NCBI RefSeq assembly: GCF_018350175.1
Contig: NC_058382.1
Span: 52,950,001 to 53,014,000, forward strand
Length of the DNA: 64,000 nucleotides
DNA from: Felis catus
Taxonomy: Eukaryota
Direction of reading: 5' to 3'
The position numbers and the translations under genes are program-made. Shown one piece after another: positions 1 to 13,086 of the stretch (its first letter is position 1; each line of letters opens with the position of its first letter). The notes beneath the pieces are model-generated. The model was not told the origin of the DNA and did not search any database. It worked only from the letters and a program-made list of their open reading frames with translations.

Positions 1-1028
1 TCAGTAAGCTGGCAGTGGCCAGGCCCCAGTGCACCTGTCTCCTATAGTTGTCTTTTTCTAGGGAATGTTTTTAAGTCTGTGGTGATTATTGGACAGTGGC
101 TCACCCCCAAATCATCCCGTGATCTCTTGCTGACTGTTCCTACCTATAACAAAGGTGTCTGGTTTTACACAGTTGTTTTCACAGGCTGAGAGAGATGTTT
201 GTATTTGTCTTTAGGTTGTTGGAATGCTGATATGAATCACCCATTGACTTATTCATTCAATAAATCCCCATGGAGGGCTTCCCATGTGAGAGTTATGGGG
301 GCTCCAAGGAGGCATTTACTTCCTGGAAGTACACTTTCCTGCCCTGTAAGTTTTGAGTTAATGTCATGTAGATCAAAGTGACCCCCAGTTGTCTCTTTCA
401 AGTTGAGGGGCTTCTTCTGGGCACTGTCAACCGATCTCCATACCATTGGTGTTCCCCTAATAGGCAATTTTGTTGGCAAATATGGAGGGGCATCGTCAGT
501 TATCACCGGCCCTTGAGAAACAGGGATGCCCTTAAGGTTGACCCTAGGATGGAGGAGGACACAGTTAAGAACAGGCCTAGGGAGGAGTAAACAGTTTGCC
601 ATTCGTTGGGCTATGACTTCCACTTTGGTCCTTCCAGCTTCTTCAGGCCATGCCAGGGTCTTGTGTCCTCAGCTGTCATGAGTCCCATAGTAAGTAGCTC
701 AAGAGTTTGTTTTTTTTTAAGTACAGCCTACAAATCAGCAGTACTTTGAGGCTGTGCTGGTGGTCTGACTGTTGGCCCTGGCTGAGTCTGGGGGTCCTTC
801 CCTGTGCTCCTGCAAAGCAGGTCTCCTGGGAAAGCTGCAGAATAGAAGCAAAGAGGTTGCTTTTCTGCCTCCTTGTTTGTCTGTAATTCATCTCCTGAGC
901 CATCTTCCCAGCCTCTGGGAAGGGAATGTTCTCTCCAGAAAAAGTGCTTGTGGACAGATCTGGTTATTACTTACTGTTTAAAGAAAGCACCTCTCAACAG
1001 TCACACACAAGTGTTCGTTCAGGCCTTT

Positions 1029-1029
<1 letters not shown>

Positions 1030-1084
<55 letters not shown>
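1030..1084. repeat. Compound (TC)n(AC)n microsatellite
   Basis: Direct reading. Confidence 0.95.
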
Positions 1085-1085
<1 letters not shown>

Positions 1086-1309
1086 AAGGCCTCTTTCCGA
1101 AACCAGTGTTTGTTGATGAGAGTTAGTGTATTATGCCTGAGGCCGGTCACGGCACACATCCCCTGGAGCTGTTGTATATTCTTTGAGAGACGCGGTGTAT
1201 ACAAACCCAGGAGGGAGAGTTGGGGAAAAGAGGAAGGAGCGAGGAGGGAAGAAAGTGAGAGAGAGAGTTAGTGGGAGAGACCAGAATAAGAGAAAATAAG
1301 GCAACACAT

Positions 1310-1555
1310 ACAGAGCAGAGTAGTTAAATCTCTGTGCCCTGGGAACTGCCTGGGTTCTGTTGTGCTTTCCGCCAACTGGGTGATCTTGAGTAAGACCATT
1401 TGTCTCTCTGGGCTTCAGCTTCCTCCTTTGTACAGGGGGAGCCATCATTAAGGCACCTAATTTATAGAGTTGCTTTGAGCACCACAAGAGATAAGCATAC
1501 AAAGAACTTTGGACAATGCCCAGCATACAGTCGCTAATCAATAAATATTAATCAT
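1310..1555 (+). mobile_element. MIR SINE
   Basis: Core gtgatcttgagtaag...ctctgggcttcagcttcctcctttgtaca and 3' end atgcccagcatacagtcgctaatcaataaat. Confidence 0.8.
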
Positions 1556-1934
1556 GGTATTAAAGCAAGAGAAAGAAGGAGCGCAGAGGGGGAAAGGAGA
1601 GGAAAATAAAAATGAGGGCAAGGGGGAGACTGTAGAGTGAAAAGTCAAGGGGAGAGAGAGAGAGAGACGGGGGGGGGGGAAGAGAGAGAGAGAAGAGAGG
1701 CACCAGTCTGTCTGTATATATGGAGTTAGTTGGGCTTTTTCTAGCCCAGCCGTGATTCCCTCTCTCCTGGCTTGGTTTACATAGAAACATGGAACGTCGG
1801 CTAAACACAGACTTTAGGCACATCCACAACAGGCAGGCGAGACTACCTTCACACACTGAGTGTGCCATGTAAAAGGCTTTTCCTCGGGGCAACTTTATGG
1901 CCCAGAAACCAAACTACAAAAACTATGGTACCTT

Positions 1935-1935
<1 letters not shown>

Positions 1936-1964
<29 letters not shown>
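1936..1964. repeat. (GTT)n microsatellite
   Basis: Direct reading. Confidence 0.9.
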
Positions 1965-1965
<1 letters not shown>

Positions 1966-3133
1966 ACAGCGAAATAGAAATCGGTGCATTCACGTCTCTT
2001 TCATGAGTTTGGGAGACACAAAGACGACAGAATGCCAGGATCTGGGCACCCCTACCTCCCCCCCAGGATTGCCTTCGTTTTTTGTTCCCTTCCACCATGT
2101 TAGATATTTCTGGCTAACCAGTTAAAACAGGGAGATGACCATGATTGCTTTTAGATTACCGCTTCCACGTTGAGTGAATTTTATAATAAGAAGCCATTTT
2201 TTCCCCTCCAGGCTGCCCTTGTGCCCGCCTCTCTGACTTTGAGGTCCTCATTATTGTGGGTTTAAATGAAGGATGTTCATTCAGGCAGGGACGGGGGGAG
2301 GCCACCAGGCATCAGAGCTGTTATCAGGCCCTTCTATCAGACCAAGTGACAGGCGTCCGGAACAAGAATGCAGAGCTCATGGTGGAGACCTCGGCTGACA
2401 CCAAAGGTGACTCCCCTCACTCTAACCTTGAAAGGGAAAGTTCCCACTTTATTAAAATGAATTTCAAAAGGGCCGCTCTGACAGCTGCATAATTAAATAT
2501 TGGAGTGTCAGCGATAATTTATTCTACTCGCATGTGGTGGTCAGATCCTTTTCACTAGAGGGTCAGCAAGCATGGTGACAGAGGCAAGGAGACAAGGGAT
2601 TCTGGGCCCTTTGTCATTTGCGTAGCCCCAGCCCTGAAATCGGAGACTGGTGGAACATACAAATATCCACGTGCACGTGCACACACACACACACACACAC
2701 CCCAGAGAGAACGAAGTGTGCGGGCGGACGCACACTGTTGTTATTCACCCGGTAGAACCCTCTAGTTCAGATCTCGTATGTGTGCGTTACGAATGGAAAA
2801 TGTGAAATGATCAAGACTTGTGTGTACAGAGTTAGAACCTATATTGGAGGGTCGCTGTGGGCTCCATAGCAGTGCCTAAAGTATCTCTCAGACGTTCCAG
2901 GCCCCAGATCCGATCTCTCCTGCAGTGAGCTTGATGAAGAAGGTCATCACAGTTAAGAATTGGATAGAACTCCCAGGACATGGACTTTGGTACAAATCCT
3001 TACAATGCTGGTGACCTGATACAGTCAGTGTAAGGGCTTTGGGCACCCATTGACCCAACCCAGTAAACAAAAGTTGAATATACTATTGTGGGGCCAGGTT
3101 CCTGTGTGTTTCTCTGTCTGTCTCTCTCTGTCT

Positions 3134-3137
<4 letters not shown>

Positions 3138-3182
<45 letters not shown>
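3138..3182. repeat. (GT)n microsatellite
   Basis: Direct reading. Confidence 0.95.
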
Positions 3183-3183
<1 letters not shown>

Positions 3184-3213
3184 TGTGCGATTAAGAGAAA
3201 TTTGCCTATTTAT

Positions 3214-3430
3214 GGGGCGCCTGGGTGGCTCACTCGGCTGAGTGTCCGACTTCAGCTCAGGTCATGATCTCGCGGTTCGTGAGTTCGAGCCCCGCATGGG
3301 GCTCTGTGCTGACAGCTCGGAGCCTGGAGCCTGCTTCGGATTCTGTGTCTCCTTTCCTCTCTGCCCCTCCCCAACTTGTGCTCTGTCTCTCTCTGTCTCT
3401 CAAAAATAAATACATGTAAAAAAAAATTTT
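3214..3430 (+). mobile_element. CAN-SINE (felid SINEC) with TSD aagagaaatttgcctattt
   Basis: ggggcgcctgggtggctc start, A/B boxes, (CT)n, AATAAA tail; TSD at 3193-3211 and 3431-3449. Confidence 0.95.
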
Positions 3431-5477
3431 AAGAGAAATTTGCCTATTTTAAGCAGGTATAGCAGAAAGAACATGGGCTTGGGGCCAGACACAAGATCCT
3501 TTCTTATGATTAATGCAGTTAAATTTCCCACGGCAGCCAGTGGCATATTGCTTCCTAAATGCCTATAAAAAATATGAAAAACAGAGCCAGAGAAGATTCA
3601 GCACAGACCTTCTCGGGATGTTTATTCTTTGTTTATGTTGGTGTTTTGCTTTCTTTTGTTCCAGCTGGGGAGCAGTTGTATTCTTTTCCCTCTTTGCTAC
3701 TTCAGAGGCAGTGAATTAATGCTTCTCGGGGCTCATGGTCCGGAAGGTTCTGCCCCTCAAATGTCTACGCAGTGAGCCAGCACACGAGCCCAGTCCATCA
3801 TTTCTTATTTGACCCTGTCCTGTTTACTCTGTCAGGGTAAAAGCACGGGCCAAGCTCGGCTAGTCAGTGTATTACTTTGTCAAAGGAAGCTTGGCTACCC
3901 CGCGTCAGCCCGAACAAATTACATCCTTCACTCCGTCGCCGAACCGGGAACGGGGTTATAACTCAGTCTAAGCACCGGTCTCTCTATTACCTTCATAACC
4001 AAGGTCATACTAATCAACTCAATTACCAGTCCTCTCGGACATTTTCATAATGTTTTCTGCTAGTTGCTCTCCTGTGAAAATCTCTCGGTCTAAGCAAATT
4101 AATGCCATTTTTATAACTATCTGCATTTCAGGTACAGTGATCTCCTATGAAAAGATTGTATCCCCAGCAGCCCAAACTAGCTTTACGTCCCCGCGTAATG
4201 TATTGCCATAGCCCATTCTAGACTTTGTTGTCGTCGTCGTTGTTGTTGTTGGCAGGGCAAACCTGTCACCTTTGTCTTTAGGGAAACGTGAAAATTACAA
4301 AGAAAGTTTCTCTGGTCATTTGCGGAAGCGGAGCACTGAGTTTCCTCCCTGCCTTCTTCACCCCATTCCCAACTCATCATGCTGGGCGTTTCTGCCCGGG
4401 CTTTTCCAGGCTCCGATTTCCGAGACATGAGAAGCTGGAATCGCATTATGCCCCTCGCAGTTTGTATTTTCAATCCCTTTTAGTTTACAGCTGTGTCCCC
4501 CATTTTGCCGCCTCTCCACCCCATCCTCCATAGACCCCTCCTTTGTTTGAGAGCCGCTGAGTACGTCAGTATAGCATTCTTCTTTTTTCCAAATGGTTTT
4601 TCATGTGATGTCCTTCGATTACGGTAGCGGATCTATGAGAGTCCAAAATCATACTACTGGGGCAATAGCCCATAGTGTGAAAATGTCCTAACTAGCAGCA
4701 CACTTGCTGGATAGCCAGTGCCTTGAGGATGTCGGGGCTGAGGAGGGAGGAGGGACTTGTTTTCATGATGGTTAGCGGCAGTCTGAGTTTGAAAGCAAAC
4801 CACTGATGTTATTTAATGCACGTTGCTAACCAGGGCACATGTGCCTTCCCGCAGCACCTCTGGACGGCCACCTCTACACATGCTCAAATTATCAATTAAC
4901 ACAAAGCTCCATAGCTTGGTATCTAGATCCTGTGGTTACCTCCATTGCTCATAGTAGACCCTGCATGAATAAATTCTTTTCCGCATGTTTAATGGACTTG
5001 CTTATTCGCTCACAAGAGACATTGAGCTGAGCGCAGAGGAGTCAAAGTACATTTCAACTTCATCTGAAACGTTTCTGTCCATTATTTAAACAAACAAAAA
5101 AGGAACCATGAAGCAAATATGACAAAATGCTAACAATTCTCCTTGTGTTAGGTGGGTGGGTGAAAACGTGGTAGCCCTATTATTCCCAGTACGCAGAAGG
5201 CTGGGTTAGCCCATACCTTTGAGGAAGGTCACACGTGTGTTAATGGCACAGGAGGGAGGGAGCCGACATCTGTGTGGGCTTACGGCGCCCCGGGCCTAGC
5301 TAGGTGCTTTGCTTCGTGAGTCTCATGGATTCCTCAGGGATTCTGGGATTCTCATTTCCACCACCCTAAAGACAGTAAAGCCCAAGGTTACACAGGTCAA
5401 ATGAGGCAGAGGTGAGATTGAAACTCAGGCCACAGTGAATTTAAAATCCCTGATCCTTTTGCCCCCCCCCCACAAAT

Positions 5478-6350
5478 ATTTTTTAATTGAGGTGAAATTT
5501 CCATAATGTACAATCAACCACTTAAAATAGACAGTTCTTGGGGCGCCTGGGTGGCTCAGTCAAAGTGCAGGACTCTTGGTTTTGGCTCAGGGCATGATCT
5601 CACAGTTCATGGGATCGGGCCCCGTGTCGGGCTCTGTGCTAAGTTCCTGGGATCGAGCCCCATGTCGGCCTCCGTGCTGAGCATGGAGCCTGTTTGGGAT
5701 TCTGGCTCTCGTTCTCTCTCTGCCCCTCCACCCTCAAAGTAAATAAACACTAAAAAAATAAAATAAAATATGTAATTCCCTGTTTCAACAAAAAGAAACA
5801 TAAAATACACAATTCAGGGGCATTTAGTAAATTTACAACATTGTACAACCACCGTCTCTCTGTAGTCTTAATACTCTCTCCTTCCAGAAAAACACTCCGC
5901 GCCCATTAACTGATCACTCCCCATTCCTCCCAGCCCACAAATCTACTTTTGGTCTCTACGGATTTGCATGTCCTCGACATTTCCTATAAGAGCAGTCAGA
6001 TACTTTATGACCATTTGTGGCTGGCTTCTTTCACTTAGCATACCGTTCTCAAGTTGATCTGTGCTGTAGCAAAGGTCAATACTTCTTTGTCTTATAGGCT
6101 GAATAATATTCTGTTGTGTTGATATACCACCTCGTGTTCATGCTTGCAGCCACTGATGGGCACTCGGGTTCTTTCGGGTAGACGGTGACGAATCGTTGTG
6201 CCGTGAACGTTTGGATGTATCTCTCTGGACGTGTGTTTTCATTTCTCTTGGGGATAAATAGGCACGGTATCACTGGGTCCTACGGTGACTCTAACTTTTT
6301 CGAGCAGCCGCCAAACTAGTTTCCACGGTGGCTGCCCCATTTTGCCCGGT
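5478..6350 (-). mobile_element. Old L1M (L1MB-like) 3' end, interrupted by a SINE
   Basis: ttttaattgaggtgaaatt...acaattcaggggcatttagtaaatttacaacattgtacaaccacc...ctggcttctttcacttagcata, typical of an antisense L1MA/MB 3' end. Confidence 0.8.
5540..5800 (+). mobile_element. CAN-SINE with internal 38-bp duplication
   Basis: SINE head and tail; degenerate TSD aaaatagacagttc/aaaatacacaattc. Confidence 0.9.
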
Positions 6351-7005
6351 GCCTGCTCTTAATGCTTCTCAGTGTCTTCTGAGGCACCAGACTTTTCATT
6401 AAGTTCCGTCTGCAGAAAGAGGGAAGGCGTCTTCTCAGGTAACTATAATCAACCCCCAGGGACTCACTTAGCTTGCGTGTGTGCAACCGAAATGGCCGGG
6501 AGGCATCCGGTCCCTGTGTCCCTGTTATTTTGGTCTCCCTCCCCTCCTTCCCACCACTCTCTGGCTCCGGGTCACCCAAGAGTGGAGGAGGGGTGGCCTA
6601 GAAAAGAGGAGGGAGGCCAGGGAATAGGAATTCTCCCTGCTGCCAGTGCTCCCAGAGCTCCCGGCGCTGTTACCTCCGGGTCACTCCTATTTCCCTCTGC
6701 CAGGCCCCTCTGAGCGGGGACAAGTTCAGTCACAACCTAGGCACACGGGGCAGGGTCCTACTGGGTCCTGGACAGGTCCCCCGACCAAGCTTGTTGGACT
6801 GAGTGGAGGTCACAACAGGTCTCTCCCTGTCCCCGTCCGCTGCTGTGGCTCTAGTCCCTTTCACCTTTTATGAAACTAAGAAAAAGGTATGTGAAAAACC
6901 CCTTTAAAAAGCCAAAAGGTTTTTCAAGGTTTGAACTGCTCAACTTTGAAAAGTGGCCTACAGTAAAAATCTTGACCCCAGAGCTCCTTTAGAAATCACT
7001 GAACT

Positions 7006-7236
7006 GGGGCGCCTGGGTGGCGCAGTCGGTTAAGCGTCCGACTTCAGCCAGGTCACAATCTCGAGGTCCGGGAGTTCGAGCCCCGCATCGGGCTCTGGGC
7101 TGATGATGGCTCAGAGCCTGGAGCCTGTTTCCGATGCTGTGTCTCCCTCTCTCTCTGCCCCTCCCCCATTCATGCTCTGTCTCTCTCTGTCCCAAAAATA
7201 AATAAAAACATTGAAAAAAAATTAAAAAAAAAAAAA
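7006..7236 (+). mobile_element. Young felid CAN-SINE, TSD agaaatca(c/t)tgaac
   Basis: ggcgcagtcggttaagcgtccgacttcagccaggtcac subfamily signature; TSD at 6991-7004 and 7237-7250. Confidence 0.95.
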
Positions 7237-8439
7237 AGAAATCATTGAACCCCTTTGGAGAGCTGCAGAGGATGGAAGGTACGTAAAATAATATGGGCAA
7301 GGCATGCGCTATTTCACAAACGCTACCCTCCTGAATCCATCATCGCACAACTCTGGGAAGTGAGTGGATCTGGCCCCATGGTAGAGACGAGGAAGCCGAG
7401 ACTCGGAGAAATCAAGCGATGTGTCCGAAGCCTCCTGGCTGTAGGTTTTCCCAAATCTAGACTGCAGCGTGTTTTCACCGTGTCACATGTCTGAGACCTT
7501 TTATGTGTCAGAGAGCACAAAAAGACTTAGGTCATAAGACCAAGGCCAAGAAGGCCATAAATGGCAACAACTGTGTGCATGGCTTCATTTCACTTCTCCA
7601 TTTGTAAGCTAGAGAGGAACGTGTAGAAATGCAAAGCTTCCCCGTGGCTGCAGACGGTCTCTGGACTTGCTGAAAGTCTTGGGCTTGCTAAAAACTGGGC
7701 TTCCAGACCTCCTTGGCATCTCCTTTCACAACCTCCTAGCTGTCCTTTTGAAGCCAGGGACGCCACCACAGCCCCGAATCAAGGATGGGGGAAGAGCAAT
7801 TTTGAGTCCGCCCGTTCTCCTCACACAAATAGCCGAAGCCAGAAACGATTGCACAAGTCCTAACCAACAACTAGAAAGTAGGGTGTACAAGACACGGTGC
7901 AGCCGGAGTAGACCGGCTCAGCAGGTGGTGAACCGGGTGGCTGGAAAGACCCAGATCAAGGGTCAGAGGCTTGGTTTCTCGCCCAGCCTTACCATGGACT
8001 CCCCATGTGACCCTGGGGACCTCCCTTCTCTTCCCTGAACCCTCTTCCTGAGTGTAAACAGAGAGAGGGGTCTAGATAGAGTTGTTCTCTGTTGGGGAGG
8101 TTCTTAGAACACACCTGGTAAAGAGAATTGGTCCCAGAAATAAAGATGGGGGGAAAAGTCCTTCTCTTGATGACCATCCTAAGTGGCTCAGCAGAATTGG
8201 CTCTATTGACCAGCACTAGGTGCCCTCTTGTGGGGCATTGTAGTCTTAGGGATATCCTCACTACCCCTCCTAAAAGGAAATGTTATATGAGCACACACCA
8301 GCTCAGACAGGCTGAGATCTCCTGTATTTTTCACCATCTCGGGAGACATTTCTGTAATACCCTTCAATAACCCAATCTATCCATGTTTTCCCAGATGAAA
8401 CAGTTCCCTGTTGAACATTCTATGTTTCTTTTTACAAAT

Positions 8440-8600
8440 ATCACCTCCTTTAATCCTCACTGCAATTATGTTGGTGTCGTCATCTTTAATTTATAGTTTA
8501 GGAAACAGGGGATCGGAGAGGTTAGGTGATTTGCCCAAGATCACCCAGCTAGCAAAGTGGCAAAGTTGGAATTTGACCCAGGTCTGACCTCATCTGCCTC
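8440..8600 (-). mobile_element. MIR SINE
   Basis: ggaaacaggggatcggagaggttaggtgatttgcccaagatcacccagctag core. Confidence 0.8.
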
Positions 8601-8918
8601 CTGATATATTTTCTTGTAAGAAGCAAGGAGCATCTCACAACCAAACTGATACGACCACTTAGTTTTATCTTTGGTTCAAAATGGTGCCAGTCTCATAAGC
8701 CAACAAGTTTTATTCATACTCTAAATAATGGCTGATTAAGAAAATTAAATCTGACTACAAAGTACTTCCCTAGGAGCCAATGATTGCATGATTCCGTTAT
8801 AGAAGATAAAAGTTTTACCCCAAAAAAGAGAAAAAAAGAAAAACAGAACTCACTTTTCAGTCAAGAGTTACTTCTTCTTTTACAGTAAATGCCCTGTTGA
8901 CGATTTTGCAAGCTCATT

Positions 8919-9200
8919 TCATGATTTTTTTTCCTCTTTCAGTATCTTTCCAAATTTAGAAGTCAAATTTATAAGGCTGTAATTTGCAAGGTCATCCTTT
9001 TTTTCTTTCTTTCTTTCTTTCTTTTTTTTTTTTAAAGAAATATAAGCAGGAGATGGGGCTTTTCCCAGTTTGGGGGGTGACAGCTCATGATTCTTTATTG
9101 ACTTTGGCCAAGCCTTTGCAGATTCCTGTGGGTTGATGATCATTAGCACCTTGCCTACAAATTTCAAGTACGTGGACTTATCTAGATATTGCCCCACGTG
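8919..9200 (-). mobile_element. CR1/L3-type LINE ORF2 fossil
   Basis: Minus translation ...SLKKK...KKDDLANYSLINLTSKFGKIL resembles the CR1/L2-clade motif [28 protein letters not shown] just before the RT core. Confidence 0.6.
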
Positions 9201-10938
9201 TACTCCCCAGTTGAAGAAAACCGTGCGATGTTGGAAAATGTTTCTAAGGATAGACTAAGGCTTAGCCTACCTGGAGAAGTGAACTTGAAAAGGAGGTGGA
9301 ACGCAGTCAACTCCATGGTTAGCTGCCAGTGCCAGGCACACAGAGGGTGGCGATGTGGATGGAGCTGACGGAGAGCTGCCTTCGAGGTCACAGACGAGCT
9401 CGGGGACAGGCAATGCCGGCAGATGATGACAACACGGGGTGAGTGCACCCCTGGGGAAACACAGACAAGATTCAGGGATGGCACAGAGGGAGGGATTAAC
9501 TCTATGAGGAAGTACTTCGATAATGGCTTTCTAATTATAGGACACCTCTAATAATATGATTATAGACTTTCATAGTAGTGTAGTACTCCAATTATTATTT
9601 ATTTCCCCACACTGAACAAATATAATTATCGTATGCATCCTTTCCATTATTAGCTCTTTTTATTCCTCATGAAAAGAGTGGAGGGTGGCTTATGAGAAAA
9701 ATGCTTGTGTGACCCTTCCCATCATTTTTCTATTCAATACGTAAAAACCCAGTTTTTGGTGTGGTGGGTTTTGTTTGTTTGTTTTTGTTTTGTTTGTTTT
9801 TTGCTTGTATCTTTCGTCTAAGTGCAAAGGATACCTGCCCCCCAGGTCCTCTTACACTGGGTCCTGATTCTGCCGGGGGCTCACAAATGCTTTTCAAGAG
9901 CAACTCAATGTCGGATCCAGCCACCCAAGGGAGGTTGGTTCTTCGCTATGCATCATGGCCTTTTAATGCCGTATTGCTTTTTATCAACCAATCAGCGGAT
10001 GTTTTCGCTCTGTTCACGTTGAAAGCATTCTGCTGTGGAAACCAATAAGTTTGTTACCTCCTTTTTTGTTGTTGTTGTTGTTGTTTTCTGGTGTCTTGAG
10101 AGCAGAACCAATCTTTGGAATCCTTTAAAAAAATTACCGAAACAAATTCGATCACAAAAGCTTTTAAAATCTGAAATCCCAGGAAACTAATTAGCGTATC
10201 CTTTTAAGATGGCTTCCTGCATTTTGATACACACGTAGGCTTGGGTTTCAAATGCACTTGGCAGTTTGCCACCAGTCAGGCAGATCATCCTGGCTCTTAG
10301 GAACATGGAGCTTCTGCAGAGCCCTGTGGAGGGAGGGCAAGGGCATGACTCTCCCCTGCGTTAGCACGTGACGGTGATCTGTCACCAGGTAGCAGACGGA
10401 GGCCAGGAGCTGCATTCAAGTGGGCTCCTCGTGGTGAGTTGGATACTCCACGAACTTCTCTCTGTGCCCTAGTGACATCCTTATTTTGCGATTTCTCCAC
10501 TTGACATTGAGCCTCTGGGAGCAGGAACTGTGTGTACCCCCAGTGCCTTGCATGCTACTTGGCACATAGTGCGTGTGTCATTAAAGTAGCTGCTATAGTA
10601 CAGAACGCACAGACTCCAGAAATAGCCAAAGACACGTGTATCTGGGAGCACACAGCTCTCCTCAACTGTTTCCGAGTCCCCTCAAGGCCTTGTATTTCTG
10701 CTCTGGGCCGCAAGCTCTTGGAGGGCAGCAACCACCCATCTTTATAGCTCCGATGCCTAGCCCAGAGTCGGCCCTCAATAAATCTTTGCTCCCCATTGAG
10801 TGACTCTGAATCATGTCCAGGATGCCAACCGTAAGAATCTGTGGAACTTCTTTGGGAGTATGCTTTTTGCTTTCCCCAGAAATTGGGCAATCTCGTTGCC
10901 AATAGCAAAGACAGACTGTAAGAGATGGTTGACTTCTT

Positions 10939-10940
<2 letters not shown>

Positions 10941-11035
<95 letters not shown>
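10941..11035. repeat. Compound (GT)n(GA)n microsatellite
   Basis: Direct reading. Confidence 0.95.
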
Positions 11036-11891
11036 GCTATGGAAGTATAAAACTATGACTTGAATGCCTTGATGCATCCATCTCATTGTATTACAAAGAC
11101 ATCAGGATTCTCTCCAGAAAAATCTTTTCCAGCACAAGAACTATGTTAATCGCATTTAAAACACATGTGTGTCCACGTCTCTAGGCCCATGCCTATATGC
11201 ATGTATGTCACTGCAGAATGAACCCTATCGGTTTGTATCATCTGCTCCCCTCCTGGACTTCCTGAGGGGCGTGGGAGGGGCACATTCCAGATGGACGGAA
11301 CTATCCATGAACCATCTTAGATGCACAAGAACGCCTGGTGCATTTGAGGCACCACCGAATGACCCACTGGTGCAAATATTTGATTATTCAGATGGTCCAT
11401 ATGGGTCTCTTTCACCCCTCCTCGTGCACGACCCAAGCCAGTTACCAGGCAGAGACTGGCATCAGAAGCTCAGTGCAATTCCAAGAAAACAGTTGAACTG
11501 TTCACCCCTGAAAGCCTCATAATGAGCTTGTCTTACTCAATCTTCAAAGACATGAAAGGAGACTGCAGCTTACAGACACCAAGAGTTAAGACCACTAAAA
11601 AAAGTATTTCCTACCAAATAAAGCTCTCCCGCTTCAAAAATGTAAAAAACGAAACAAAACAAACAAACAAAAAAAACAAACAAAAACAACCCACACTATA
11701 AAACTTCAGAATCAACTTCAGGGTTCAACAGCAGGAGAACGATTCCATAAATCACAGTAGATCCCCTGAATTAGATGGTCTCTAAAATAAATAGACAGTT
11801 GGAAAAAATACTCATGATAAAAGTTTTAATGGCTAAAGTGGGGTTCAAAATGGAATATATTCTCTGACTAAAGTTATATTAAAGGACAGAT

Positions 11892-12120
11892 GGGGGCGCC
11901 TGGGTGGCTTAGTCAGTAAGCATCATACTTCTGCTCAGGTCATGATCTCACAGCTGCTTCGAGCCCCACGTCGGGCTCTGTGCTGACAGCTCAGAGCTTA
12001 GAGCCTGCTTCACATTCTGTGTCTTCTCCTCTCTCTGCCCCTCTCCTCTGCGTGCTTGTTCTCTCTCTCTCAAAAATAACATTAAAAAAAAAACTGGACT
12101 GTTCTAAGTTAAAAAAAAAA
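11892..12120 (+). mobile_element. CAN-SINE with bipartite tail
   Basis: SINE body; TSD aaa(g/a)gacagatg at 11881-11892 and 12121-12132. Confidence 0.92.
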
Positions 12121-13086
12121 AAAAGACAGATGAATAGGGGTTGAGGTAGTGGGGATATATCATGTAGCTGGGTACATTTTTCACTTTTCAAAGACGTAAA
12201 CGTATTGCGTTGCCTTTATAACTTGAAAAAGTCTAATTGAAAATGTGTCGCCGGTAAAATCTTGTGACAACTTGTAAACTGGCTGGATATGTGGTATTTT
12301 CAAGATATGCAATTATAAGTAGCCCTCACATTCAGCCAGGCTCTTTATTTGAACTTGGTCTTGTGAAGTCTCGGTCCCCATGGCTTTGCAGAGTGAAGGG
12401 TTCTGAGGGGCAGGTTAATAGCAACGCTGATACAGGTATTGTGGTTCGTAGATAAAGTGCGCGTTACTCAGCTTAGCTGCGAACGTCAGGAGAAAATGCC
12501 TCTGGGTTGTCAATGCTCTGCACTTTTCTCTGTTGCCTTAACTGTCAGGCGGTTATTGAAAAATTGTCTTTTCCCCCCAAAATACAACAATTAATGTCTT
12601 GGCCAGACTGCCATGACACATCCTTCAAGATTAAGAGTGTACTGGTGTCTGGTGAATTTCTACTCTCAGCCAAAGGGCTGAGGTGGAATGAAACTTGGGT
12701 GTTGCTCTTTCAGAAAATTAACAAAAATGACTAATGATTCATTTTAGGAATTACTAAGTAATACATTTGATAACATTAACAGAAAGATTCATACTAAGTC
12801 ATTAAGAAGAAGAAGGAAAGAGATGGGTAGAGTAGACTTATCAAGCCTTTACTGGATGCCATTTTGCTTTAATGCTTCTCATTTTGCACCGTTCATCCCA
12901 TTTAATATTAGCCGTAGTCCAGAAGAATTGCTATTTTTGCCTGGATGTCTCACATCAACGTGTTCGCCTTTTCTCACTTGGCATCCTGTTTCTTATTAAC
13001 TTCTCTTATCTCTATTAACTCTTTTTCTCAACGGTCCCCCTCGCATTAATTAATGTGCGCCTCGCATTCATAGTGTGTAGGGTTCA

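Noticed and set aside
249..623. 124-aa minus ORF, possible LTR-internal remnant
   Set aside because: No recognisable protein or retroviral motif; I cannot assign it by eye.
3214..3290. tRNA-like A/B boxes
   Set aside because: These are heads of tRNA-derived CAN-SINEs, not tRNA genes.
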